This document shows, piece after piece, positions 1 through 7,209 of a stretch of DNA of 10,969 bases. Position numbers and translations under genes: made by a program. The notes below the pieces were generated by a model, which was not told the origin of the DNA, ran no database searches, and saw nothing but the letters and a program-made list of their open reading frames with translations. Within the stretch, counting starts at the first letter, position 1; each line of letters opens with the position of its first letter. The stretch comes from Candidatus Xenobia bacterium (GTDB taxonomy: Bacteria > Vulcanimicrobiota > Xenobia > Xenobiales > QWHO01): the NCBI GenBank assembly GCA_045863235.1, contig BTUM01000143.1, positions 1 to 10,969 of the forward strand, in the 5' to 3' direction.

Positions 1-87
1 CCAGGGCCGGCAGATCGCCCTGTTTATCACCGGTCCCCAGCACGCTGGCGAGAACTTCCGCATACACCGGCGCGACTCAGGTAGCGC

Positions 88-2793
88 TCAAGAACCGCGA
101 CGCACCCGGATGCGCACCCCTCCGATGACCACCTGCTGGCCATCCTGGTGGACCCCGCCGGCCTGGCCGTCAGGGGCCAGCTGGAGCTGATCCAGGGCGT
201 GCTTGAGGTCGCCCTGCAGGGCGTAGTTTCGCAGGAATTCGGCGGTCGCCTCGGTCAGGGGGCGATCTGACCAGGGCCCCTCGCGCAGGCTGGTCATCAG
301 CTGGCCGAAAGCCGACCGACTCTGCTCGAGACCCACGCTGGGCTCCAGAGCCTGGCGCACCAGGCGCCAGGACTCACGCTCGGCTTCCAGCTTTTCGCCC
401 GAGCGGTGGTGGGTGAGCAGCATCCTGTAGTCCAGGTCGGCTTCCGGGCCCAGTGACCCTTTGAGGGCTTGCCGCTCGGCCAGGCTGCCCGGAAAGTCTC
501 CGGCCAGTGAACGACGGGCCAGCTCCACCTCGCCCGCCAGGGCCAGCTCGCCTTCGAATCGGCTCAGGAAGTCTGTTTCCGTTCCCAGTGCTCCGGCCTT
601 GAGCTGGGTGAAGATTTCGCGGCTCTTCTCCCAGCCGGCCTGAGGCACCACCAGCTGGTGCAGGCGGGTCAGGCGCTCGGCATCCGGCTCCAGGTCGCGC
701 TGGGGGAAGCCGAGCAGGAAGCGATACTCCTCCGAGGGACGATCGCGCTCGGGCGGCCTGGGCTTCTCATCGAAGGGGTCGCTGGGGTCGAACTCGCGCC
801 TGGACGTCTTCTCCAGGCCCTGGAGGCCCACTCGCAGGGCCCCTGCGGCTCGGGCCCGCAGCTCGTAAGGCTCGCCGGCCGGCGGGGTGGCTGACAGGAA
901 ACCCCGCGCGAAGTCGGAGTCCTTGGCCAGGTCGAATTCGCGCGCGAACACGCTCACCGCCTCAGAGCCAAAGGCCCCACGGGTGATGCCTCGCTGCAGG
1001 TAGTCGAACATCTCCCGCGAGCCCTCGTGGCCCAGTCGGGGGACCAGCGCATCGTGCAGCGAGCCCAGCAGCTCGGCCGCCGACCTCAGGTCGGCGCGCG
1101 GGCTGCCCAGCAGCAGTCGGTAGTCGAGCAGGGCTTCCTTGACGGCCGAGGTCTTGGTGCTGAAGCTGGATTCGTCCACGTGCTTCTTCTCCACCTCGGC
1201 CAGGTGGCGCAGGGCTGTCAGGCGGTCGGCATAAGGCTCTCTGGTGTCGACCCGCAGGGCTTTGCGGGCCTCGGCGGCATCCTCGAAGGAGCTCACGAAC
1301 TCGGCGATCTCCAGCAGCCGCTCGCGCTCCTCGCGATACTCGGCCTGGTCGAAAGTCTGGGGGAGCAACTTTTCGCGGAAGTGGATCAGGGCCTTGCTGG
1401 CCACCTCAGGCTTGACCTGGCGCTGGCGCAGCTCCTTGTACTCGCCTATCAGCTCGCTGGGATGCTGGTCGGGTTTGAGGGCCCGCATCAGGTTGCCGTA
1501 GGAGTAGACGCCCATGCGGGTGCGCTGCTCGCCTTCCAGACCCGGGTTGAGCCCGGCCTCGAAGTCGCGCAGCTCGTGAATGGTTGCCAGGCACTCCTCC
1601 AGCGGATGCCGCGGGGAAGCCCAGGTCAGCCCGTGGGCGTAAAACTGCTTCTCGTTGTCGTTGAGTCCCGGATCGGACACGATCACGCGATGGTGAAACT
1701 CGGCCAGCTCGAGCAGCTTGCGGCTGGGCTGGGGGATCTGGCCCGAGGAGAGATCCAGCTTCTCGCGGGCCACCCGGCCGTAGAGGCTCACGCCCAGCAT
1801 CGTGTAGCGCTGGTCGGTGAGCGCGTGGTAGGCGCCCGAGGCGTCCAGGTCATTCAAGGTATCCTCGCCCCGGTGGAAGGTGAGCCCGATGGAGCCCAGG
1901 TCGCGCAGGCGCCGGGCCAGCGGGTCCTGGTCCAGCCGGGGCACGCTCCGGCCCAGAGCGAAGAACTCCACCGTTTCCAGGTCGGCCAGCGAGTTCACAG
2001 GATACATCCCCTTGGAGCCAGGAGCCTGGGCCCAGAGGGATTTGACGTCCTTATCGTCCCGCTCCAGGGCGCGGTAAGCCCCGTAGACCCCTACCGGACG
2101 GCTGGCGTTGTTCTTGAGGGCCTCGCCCACCGAGTAGTCAGAGCGTCCTTCGGCCTCCAGAATGCGAAACTGCACCCCGGCTTGCTCGAGCTTTTCGAGC
2201 CGGCTGGCCAGGGCCCGGTTGGCCAGGCGCTGCGAGTCGTCGGCCAGGAACAGGCTCTCGGCGTCCTTGAGGTCCTGGAAGCTGTGGATCTTGACCTGCT
2301 TGACCACATCCTTGTCCACTCGCTCGAAGAAGCTGTCTTTGTGAGCGGCGCCCGGGTCGGGCAGCGAGAGGGTGAGCCGACCGAGGGTGGAGTCGGGGTG
2401 GTCGTAGGTCATGAGGTGGCGCTCGAGCGACTCGGCCGTGTAGTCGGTAGTGCCCCAGTTGCGGGGCTGATTGGGGTCGCCGATGGCCGAGAATCGGAAC
2501 CCCTTCGCCTCGAACTCGTCGAGCAGGGTCCTCAGGTCGGCGGCCGCGGCGGCCGACAGCACCCCTGCAAGGGGGCCGGGAACAGCCTGGCAGGAAGCCC
2601 AGAGCCCCAGCTTGTCGACCTCCGACCAGAGAGGACGCAGGGTGGGCTCGCTGGCTGCCTTCACGGGCTGCATCAACTGCAGATCGTTGACCGAACCGGG
2701 GGCGTAGCCGTCTCCCGGGGTCGAGCTGGCGGCCGCGGGCCGCCTGGCTGCCTCGAGACGGTAAGTGGGCTGGCCGGCAGGTTGGATCAGCAT
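88..2793 (-). CDS. Large hypothetical protein (901 aa) with two sets of internal repeats and a beta-strand-like, basic C-terminal tail
   Basis: Long ATG-started ORF with GC3-rich codons and normal globular/helical composition. Internal protein repeats are visible (aa ~168-243 vs 265-325; aa ~519-640, 641-769, 770-872). No family motif recognised. Confidence 0.9.
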   Translation of the reverse strand: MLIQPAGQPTYRLEAARRPAAASSTPGDGYAPGSVNDLQLMQPVKAASEPTLRPLWSEVDKLGLWASCQAVPGPLAGVLSAAAAADLRTLLDEFEAKGFRFSAIGDPNQPRNWGTTDYTAESLERHLMTYDHPDSTLGRLTLSLPDPGAAHKDSFFERVDKDVVKQVKIHSFQDLKDAESLFLADDSQRLANRALASRLEKLEQAGVQFRILEAEGRSDYSVGEALKNNASRPVGVYGAYRALERDDKDVKSLWAQAPGSKGMYPVNSLADLETVEFFALGRSVPRLDQDPLARRLRDLGSIGLTFHRGEDTLNDLDASGAYHALTDQRYTMLGVSLYGRVAREKLDLSSGQIPQPSRKLLELAEFHHRVIVSDPGLNDNEKQFYAHGLTWASPRHPLEECLATIHELRDFEAGLNPGLEGEQRTRMGVYSYGNLMRALKPDQHPSELIGEYKELRQRQVKPEVASKALIHFREKLLPQTFDQAEYREERERLLEIAEFVSSFEDAAEARKALRVDTREPYADRLTALRHLAEVEKKHVDESSFSTKTSAVKEALLDYRLLLGSPRADLRSAAELLGSLHDALVPRLGHEGSREMFDYLQRGITRGAFGSEAVSVFAREFDLAKDSDFARGFLSATPPAGEPYELRARAAGALRVGLQGLEKTSRREFDPSDPFDEKPRPPERDRPSEEYRFLLGFPQRDLEPDAERLTRLHQLVVPQAGWEKSREIFTQLKAGALGTETDFLSRFEGELALAGEVELARRSLAGDFPGSLAERQALKGSLGPEADLDYRMLLTHHRSGEKLEAERESWRLVRQALEPSVGLEQSRSAFGQLMTSLREGPWSDRPLTEATAEFLRNYALQGDLKHALDQLQLAPDGQAGGVHQDGQQVVIGGVRIRVRRGS

Positions 2794-2799
2794 GCCTTG

Positions 2800-2805
2800 A
2801 GTCTA
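2800..2805 (-). promoter_or_regulatory. Possible sigma70-type -10 element (TAGACT) for a leaderless transcript of the 901-aa gene
   Basis: Minus strand reads cgcccTAGACTcaaggcATG, placing a TANNNT hexamer 6 nt before the start codon. There is no well-spaced Shine-Dalgarno and no -35 match at 17 bp. Confidence 0.4.
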
Positions 2806-2865
2806 GGGCGAGCCGCCGAAAAATTCTTGAAGGCCTGACCGGTCGGCCCCGAGAAGGCCGCCCTC

Positions 2866-4410
2866 ATGGACGTCATCATCGTAGGAGCCGGTCCGGTGGG
2901 CCTGATGCTGGCCTGCCAGCTGCAACGACGGGGGGTCAGCTATCGCTTGCTGGAGACGCGTCCCCGACGCGAGTACTGGTGCAAGGCCCTGGGCGTGAGC
3001 CCGCGTACCCTGGAGATTTTCGATCAGATGGGCTGCCTGGATGAGGCCCTCAATCGCGGGCTGTTCTTTCGGGCCGTCAACACCGTGGTGGATGGCCAGG
3101 TGGTGGCCCGGGTGGAGACCGATCCCGAGCAGTATCCCTATGGCGCCATCGCTCTGGGCCAGTATGACAGCGAGGAGGTGCTCGAGCAGCAGCTTCGCCG
3201 CCAGGGCGGAACCATCGAGCGGGGAGTGACGGTGACCGAAGTCTCGGCCAGCCCCGAGGGGGTGGAGGCCGTGCTGGACAGCGGAGAGCGCTTGCAGGGC
3301 AGCTACCTGGTGGGCTGCGACGGAGCACACAGCCTGGTGCGCAAGGCCATGGGGGTGAGCTTCGAGGGCGGGCGCTATCCCCAGGTGTTCTTGTTGGGCG
3401 ACATCGAGATGCAGTGGCCCCACCCCCACGGCGAGGTCTGGAAGCTGGTGGTGATGGAGGAGGGCCAGCTGGTCAATTTCGTGGTGGTGGTCCCCATTCC
3501 GGGCAATCCGCGCCGTTACCGCCTGTCCATGGCCGCGCCGCCCGAGTACTGGGACGAGGGGGTGGAGCTGCCCGAGGCCAACCTCGAGCTGCTCGAACGG
3601 CTGGCCGGTCCGGCCCTGCCGGCTGGAACAAAGCTCTCCAACCTGCGCTGGGCCTCCTTCTACCGCATCAGCCACCGGCTGGCCAGCCGTTATCGGGTGG
3701 GGCGTCTGTTCATCGCCGGGGACGCGGCCCACATCCACCCGCCCATCGGCGGTCTGGGCATGAACACCGGCCTGCAAGACGCCTACAATCTGGGCTGGAA
3801 ACTGGCCCGGGGTGGCGAGCAGCTGCTGGAGAGCTACCATCTCGAGCGCCACAAGGTGGGGGAGCAGGTGGTGGCCTTGACCGCTTCGCGCATGGAGGAC
3901 GCCACTTCGGGCAAGGCACGCGACGAGGCTGCCGAGGAGCGGGCCAACACCCAGCTCGAGATCAGCTACGCCGGTGGCCCCCTGGCCTTCGGGACCGTTC
4001 CAGCCGGGCAGCGGGGGGCCGGCCCGGGAGAGCGGCTGGACTTCGTGGACAAACTACAAAGGCTTTACATCCGGCGCAGCTCCCGTCTGATCGACTTCAT
4101 GCGCGACGGCGAGTTCCACCTGTTTGGCTATGGCGGAGGCTGGCCCGAGTTTCGCTCGCTGAGCGCTCGCCTGCGCACGAGACTGGGAACCGAGTTGCGC
4201 TGCTGGGCGGTGTCCGATTCCCCCCGGTTGCCCGAGCTCAACGAAGAGTTACCCGTGCTGCAGGACGCACGAGGTCGCGCCCACGGCGCCTGGGGGGACG
4301 GACCGGGCGCCATCCTGGTGCGGCCGGACGGTCACGTGGTCTGGCGCGGCGGGATCGATGGGGACGAAGCGCTGGAGCGAGCCCTGACCGTGCTCAGCGG
4401 CGGAGCCTGA
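2866..4410 (+). CDS. FAD-dependent monooxygenase, class A aromatic hydroxylase (FAD_binding_3, PheA/TfdB-like), 514 aa
   Basis: All three class A fingerprints are present: Rossmann DVIIVGAGPVG, DG motif LVGCDGAHSLVRKAMG, and GD motif RLFIAGDAAHIHPPIGGLGMNTGLQDAYNLGWKLA. The C-terminal ILVRPDGHVVWRG matches the thioredoxin-like domain of this family. RBS-like gagaagg lies 8 nt upstream. Substrate is not determinable. Confidence 0.96.
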   Translation: MDVIIVGAGPVGLMLACQLQRRGVSYRLLETRPRREYWCKALGVSPRTLEIFDQMGCLDEALNRGLFFRAVNTVVDGQVVARVETDPEQYPYGAIALGQYDSEEVLEQQLRRQGGTIERGVTVTEVSASPEGVEAVLDSGERLQGSYLVGCDGAHSLVRKAMGVSFEGGRYPQVFLLGDIEMQWPHPHGEVWKLVVMEEGQLVNFVVVVPIPGNPRRYRLSMAAPPEYWDEGVELPEANLELLERLAGPALPAGTKLSNLRWASFYRISHRLASRYRVGRLFIAGDAAHIHPPIGGLGMNTGLQDAYNLGWKLARGGEQLLESYHLERHKVGEQVVALTASRMEDATSGKARDEAAEERANTQLEISYAGGPLAFGTVPAGQRGAGPGERLDFVDKLQRLYIRRSSRLIDFMRDGEFHLFGYGGGWPEFRSLSARLRTRLGTELRCWAVSDSPRLPELNEELPVLQDARGRAHGAWGDGPGAILVRPDGHVVWRGGIDGDEALERALTVLSGGA

Positions 4411-5158
4411 GGAAGATCGCCGGCTGGTTCTCGATGATGCCCTGCAGGAAGTCGACGCTCATGCCGTCGCGGAACTTCTCCTCGGGCAGCCCGAGCTCCC
4501 GGGCTTTTGACTTGACCATATCCATCGACTCGCTGAACTGATTGAGGTCCTGGCGGTCGAACGAACGCGCCTGGCGCTGCTCGGGCGTGAGGGCCTGCCA
4601 GCGCCGGGCGGCCTCCTCGCGCTGCTGGGGGGTGAGCTTCTCGACCGGCTGCCCGGTCATCTCCTCGATCCCTTTGCGCAACTGGCTCTCGGCCACGGGC
4701 TTGAGGAACGAGCGCATCTGCAGTTGCTGCATGTTGTCGGCCAGGTCGTTGGAGTTCCAGCGCCGGTCGTCGCCGGCCAGTTTCTCCAGAGTCGAGAGGC
4801 CGTGCTTGAGCTGTTTCTTCTCGTCGTCGGTCAGGTTGAATCGACTGGTCGCCTGGCGGTACAGCTCGCTGGCCCGATCCACCCCCTGGGAAACGCTTTC
4901 CTGAGCCGACTCAACCGCCCCTCCGAGCCAGGAAGCCAGGCCCGCCGTCAGCGAGTCGGCCCCCCCCGCCTGACCTTCGTCCGAGCGACTGAAGCCATCC
5001 TGTCGACTTGCGGTCTGGTGGTTGACGTTTCCGTTCGAGCTGGCGCCTCCGGTGGCGCGGTTGGCGGCGGCCGAAGGGGCCACCGAGGGGGGGGAGGGAG
5101 AATGGTTCGCCGGGCCGACACGCTGGACGGCCTGCGTCTTTTGGGTGGGCTCGCTCAA
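4394..5158 (-). CDS. Hypothetical protein (254 aa) with a disordered S/P/A/G/N-rich N-terminus and a helical C-terminal region
   Basis: TTG start preceded by AAGGAGAG (5168-5175, minus strand); GC3-rich codons. Its 3' end overlaps the convergent monooxygenase by 17 nt (4394-4410). Confidence 0.85.
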   Translation of the reverse strand: MSEPTQKTQAVQRVGPANHSPSPPSVAPSAAANRATGGASSNGNVNHQTASRQDGFSRSDEGQAGGADSLTAGLASWLGGAVESAQESVSQGVDRASELYRQATSRFNLTDDEKKQLKHGLSTLEKLAGDDRRWNSNDLADNMQQLQMRSFLKPVAESQLRKGIEEMTGQPVEKLTPQQREEAARRWQALTPEQRQARSFDRQDLNQFSESMDMVKSKARELGLPEEKFRDGMSVDFLQGIIENQPAIFLRLRR

Positions 5159-5167
5159 GTTGGGGGG

Positions 5168-5201
5168 CTCTCCTTGAGGTCAGTTTCTTAAGCCCATCAT
5201 A
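5168..5201 (-). promoter_or_regulatory. Ribosome-binding site (AAGGAGAG) and candidate -10 element (TATGAT, 5196-5201) for the 254-aa gene
   Basis: Minus strand reads gctcTATGATgggcttaagaaactgacctcAAGGAGAGccccccaacTTG. A TTGACC lies upstream, but at 25 bp it is too far to be a canonical -35. Confidence 0.55.
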
Positions 5202-5245
5202 GAGCCATCCCCACCGGGGAGACCCGGGTCAAGCGTTTCTGCTTT

Positions 5246-5311
5246 GTAAAAGTTGTGAACAGCTGGTAAACGCAGGGCGGAGAGTTGAAGCCAAAAGTTA
5301 ACAATTTTTAC
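5246..5311. promoter_or_regulatory. Imperfect 15-bp inverted repeat in a divergent intergenic region; probable pair of transcription-factor sites
   Basis: 5246-5260 gtaaaagttgtgaac matches the reverse complement of 5297-5311 (gtaaaaattgttaac) at 13/15, with a 36-nt spacer. It forms an AT-rich island in GC-rich DNA. Confidence 0.5.
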
Positions 5312-5355
5312 CGGAACGGGGGCAAGTTGTCTATTCCTGGTCGCTGTGCGCAGGT

Positions 5356-5784
5356 TTGGATCCGTCGACACTTTCCTTGAACCGGGAGGGGAAGCTGCTC
5401 TCCTGGCCCGAAGGCGGCCGAATGAGCGTGGAGCTTCTGGTGGAGGAGATCAAGCAGATGCACGCCGCGGTGCTCGGCAGCGAGCTGCTCGAGGTGCGTG
5501 AGCCAGAGGCCGTGCTGCAAGCCCTGGAGGATGGAGCCTCGGAGATTCCCTTGATTTTGCAGTGGGACGACGAGCCTCACTCGCTGGTGTTGCAGGAGTT
5601 GCGCGGGGATCGGGTGGTGTTCTTCAACGGCATGCAGCTCCCGATTGCGCCCCCTGCGGGCACCGAGATCCAGGACGAGGGCCCGCCCCGCATGGCCGAG
5701 GAGCCTGGTCTGGAGAGCTTCAGCCTGGACGAATTCGTCCGTCTCTTCGGTCAGCGCGGGGCCGTGTGCCTGCTCAGCTCATAA
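5356..5784 (+). CDS. Small protein resembling the C-terminal part of a papain-fold C39 peptidase-like domain, with no catalytic Cys in the ORF
   Basis: The pattern IPLILQW-x4-HSLVL-x5-DRVVFFN...GLESFSLDEFVRLF...AVCLL resembles C39 P-x-I...HFVV...V-x-I-x-DP...S-x-EEF; H75 and N91 are 16 residues apart. Start is uncertain (TTG 5356 or ATG 5422). The stop overlaps the convergent gene at 5779-5784. Confidence 0.75.
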   Translation: MDPSTLSLNREGKLLSWPEGGRMSVELLVEEIKQMHAAVLGSELLEVREPEAVLQALEDGASEIPLILQWDDEPHSLVLQELRGDRVVFFNGMQLPIAPPAGTEIQDEGPPRMAEEPGLESFSLDEFVRLFGQRGAVCLLSS

Positions 5785-7164
5785 GGCAAGCTGCAGGGCC
5801 TGCCCGGCCCCCTTGAGCACCAGCGCCCGGCCCGAGTCGAGCTCCACGCCCGGCCCCTCAGCCTGCTCCAGAAAGCTGAGTCCCGCCTCGAGGTCCTGCA
5901 GGGCCTCCAGATACTCCGGAGGGGGATGCTGGCCCGGCGGCCACAGGTTCAAGGCGCGCTCGAGCAGGCTCCGAAACCAGGCCAGCTCGGCCAGGAGATC
6001 GTCGCGCTGCAGCGAGCCGGCCTCGAAGGCTCCCACAGCATCGATCAGGCGCTTGAGATTCTCGGTGAGAGGCACGGCCGAGGGGGAGCCGCCCTCCGAG
6101 AGATCGACAGAGCTCGTCCGGGCCGCGGCCACCCGGGGCAGTACCGCTCCGCAGCGCGAGCAGGCGGCAAAATCGCTGCGGTTGAGTTGCCCGCAGCGGG
6201 TGCAGGGAGTCTTGCCTTCGGCCTCGGCCAGCTCGGCCAGGCGCTGGCCCTCCCGAGCCAGCCCGGCAAAGGCCTCCTGAAGCGTAGGGACCAGCCCGGC
6301 CACCTCGCTCGGACTTTGCTCGAGCCGCTCCAGAGCTTCTTCCAGATTGTCAAAGCGCTGCTCGATGCGCTCGGCGATCTCGCCGACCTGAGCCGAGCCG
6401 GCCAGCATGCGGGCCACCGAGGCCAGCTGGTTGCGAAGGCCGGCCACGTCGCCCAGTACCTCCCGACAATCCACTGGCTCGCCCCGACGGGCGGCATGCA
6501 GCAGGCGGTTGAGGTCGGCGTGGGGGGTGGGCCCACTGCTGAGGGCGGCCTCCGCCTCGGCCGCTGCAAAGACCTCCTGGGCCTCCACGGCCACCGCCCG
6601 GTAGCGGGCGAGCAGCTCGGGCAGGGATGGGGCCTGAAGCTCGAGCAGCATCGTTCCCACCAGCTCCAGCATCTGGCTCAGCGCATGGCGCACCGAGTCG
6701 GGCAGTTCGGGCGGCTCGAGGGCTTGCTCGAGACGTTGGCGCTCGCTGGCAAGACAGATGGCCCGAGTCCGCACTGAGCCTGCGTTCAGGATGGCGTTCA
6801 CACCGCCCAGGCGGGTCGGCCCCATGGCGATCTGGGCCGCCTCGCGATGGGCGAGCAGAGCCTGGTCGAGCTCGCCGGTGGCCCGGGTGAGCTGCTCGGC
6901 CAGCTCCCTGAGAGCCGCCGGGGGGGCGGCGACCTGGCGGCAGGCCTGGTCGAGCAACTGGCGATGCCGCTTGAAGGCCTCTCGAACCCGGACGGTTTGG
7001 CCCGGCGCTTTGTCGGCCACTTTCTCGAAGCCGCGGCGGACCTGCTCCACCGATCCCATGACATCGGCCAGGATGAACCAGAGCGAGCGAGCGTCGAGCT
7101 CCTTGCGGGCAGCCTGCAGCAGGGCTTCTGAAGCGGAGAGATGCGAGCTCATGCGGTCGGACAA
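5779..7164 (-). CDS. Alpha-helical hypothetical protein (461 aa) with an internal C4 zinc ribbon
   Basis: A/L/E/R-rich helical composition. CTRC-GQLNRSDFAA-CSRCGAVLP (CxxC-x10-CxxC) lies at 6151-6204. Start may be TTG 7164 or ATG 7152. Confidence 0.88.
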   Translation of the reverse strand: MSDRMSSHLSASEALLQAARKELDARSLWFILADVMGSVEQVRRGFEKVADKAPGQTVRVREAFKRHRQLLDQACRQVAAPPAALRELAEQLTRATGELDQALLAHREAAQIAMGPTRLGGVNAILNAGSVRTRAICLASERQRLEQALEPPELPDSVRHALSQMLELVGTMLLELQAPSLPELLARYRAVAVEAQEVFAAAEAEAALSSGPTPHADLNRLLHAARRGEPVDCREVLGDVAGLRNQLASVARMLAGSAQVGEIAERIEQRFDNLEEALERLEQSPSEVAGLVPTLQEAFAGLAREGQRLAELAEAEGKTPCTRCGQLNRSDFAACSRCGAVLPRVAAARTSSVDLSEGGSPSAVPLTENLKRLIDAVGAFEAGSLQRDDLLAELAWFRSLLERALNLWPPGQHPPPEYLEALQDLEAGLSFLEQAEGPGVELDSGRALVLKGAGQALQLAL

Positions 7165-7180
7165 AATTTTTCGAGCGCCC

Positions 7181-7209
7181 TTTACTTTCCCCCCCCGGGC
7201 CGGTAGAGT
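7181..7209 (+). promoter_or_regulatory. Candidate sigma70-type promoter of the large annexin-repeat gene
   Basis: TTTACT (7181-7186), a 17-bp spacer containing C8, then TAGAGT (7204-7209). Each hexamer is 4/6 to consensus and the spacing is canonical. Confidence 0.5.

Noticed and set aside
1..87. Possible gene fragment at the left edge (e.g. minus-strand GTG at 67, MYAEVLASVLGTGDKQGDLPAL, or the end of a + strand gene)
   Set aside because: Too short; several frames are open and none can be preferred.
1027..2838. 603-aa plus-strand ORF
   Set aside because: Antisense shadow of the 901-aa gene, as expected in GC-rich DNA.
2803..4541. ORFs 2803..3852 (-) and 3414..4541 (+), plus smaller ones
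   Set aside because: They overlap the unambiguous monooxygenase and are antisense or R/G/P/A-rich off-frame translations.
5208..5230. Short hairpin tcccc-acc-gggga and palindrome gacccgggtc as a terminator or ncRNA
   Set aside because: Stems are only 5 bp with no adjacent U-tract, lie between divergent starts, and are expected by chance in GC-rich DNA.
5180..5580. Minus-strand ORFs 5180..5371 and 5308..5580
   Set aside because: They span AT-rich promoter DNA or are antisense to the 142-aa gene, and have no supporting motifs.
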